The notes under the pieces are model-generated. The model saw nothing but the letters and a program-made list of their open reading frames with translations. It made no database searches and was not told the DNA's origin. The translations under genes and the position numbers were made by a program. Shown in pieces: positions 63,609 to 64,000 of a stretch of 64,000 nucleotides of DNA (position 1 is the stretch's first letter; each line of letters begins with the position of its first letter). The stretch is taken from positions 2,112,001 to 2,176,000 of the forward strand of contig CAVUDP010000002.1 of the NCBI GenBank assembly GCA_963740315.1. The letters are read 5' to 3'. Origin of the DNA: an uncultured cyanobacterium. Lineage in GTDB: Bacteria > Cyanobacteriota > Cyanobacteriia > Cyanobacteriales > Nostocaceae.

Positions 63609-64000
63609 ATGAAAAAATTAATCGAAATTCTTTTTATAGCAGTAACTTTAACAGCTTGTAGGCAATATAAAAAACAAGTAAAAAGTTTTACTCAATGGTG
63701 TGAAAAAAAAATCAACTTTACCTGAAGAGACAAGACTTACTGTTGAAATGTTGTTGAAAAAATCGGGTACTCAAGATTGTGAAAAGGCTAATCAAATATT
63801 AAGTAAATTAACAAAGCTTTATCTTCCCTCAAGTAAAATCAACGATTTAAAACCAATTGCTAATTTAACTAATTTGTCCACACTAGTTCTTAATAGGAAT
63901 AAAATCAGCGACGTAAAACCACTTTCCAATTTAACTAATTTAAATCGGCTTTATCTTGAAAGGAATAAAATCAGCGATTTAAAACCACTTGCTAATTTAA
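63609..64000 (+). pseudogene. Internalin-like LRR lipoprotein, frameshifted in an A9 run; runs off the window
   Basis: MKKLIEILFIAVTLTAC...FTQWCEKK in one frame; STLPEETRLTVEMLLKKSGTQDCEKAN...NKISDVKPLSNLTNL in the +1 frame. Confidence 0.8.

Overview
Chromosomal window from a cyanobacterium, probably a heterocyst-forming Nostocales/Rivulariaceae-type strain (many HIP1 GCGATCGC sites, STRR heptamer tracts, photosystem II genes). The first 12.7 kb hold the core scytonemin cluster (scyA-F on the minus strand, scyF running off the left edge) and a divergent PAS histidine kinase / AraC-type response regulator pair. The rest is mostly housekeeping: psbI, a DUF3769/LptD-like protein, GH38 alpha-mannosidase, psbN-psbH-tatA-pth, rpsU, rsmI, cysQ, furC/perR, CRR6, ispD, scpB, an HtrA protease, ispG, a C-terminal protease and mfd. 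The most unusual items are: (1) an AT-rich receptor-like gene whose cytoplasmic end resembles a PLD-like MIT_C domain, 14 bp upstream of a nicotinamidase-like gene; (2) mirror-image 4-copy arrays of a 52-bp hairpin element flanking psbN/psbH; (3) a split DUF1445+DUF4392 D-glutamate-cyclase-like pair; (4) a subtilase-lectin propeller fusion; (5) a prohibitin pseudogene collapsed by repeated internal deletions; (6) an LRR lipoprotein frameshifted in an A9 run. No rRNA, tRNA, CRISPR array or intact transposase was seen. All family assignments come from motif recognition by eye, not database searches.
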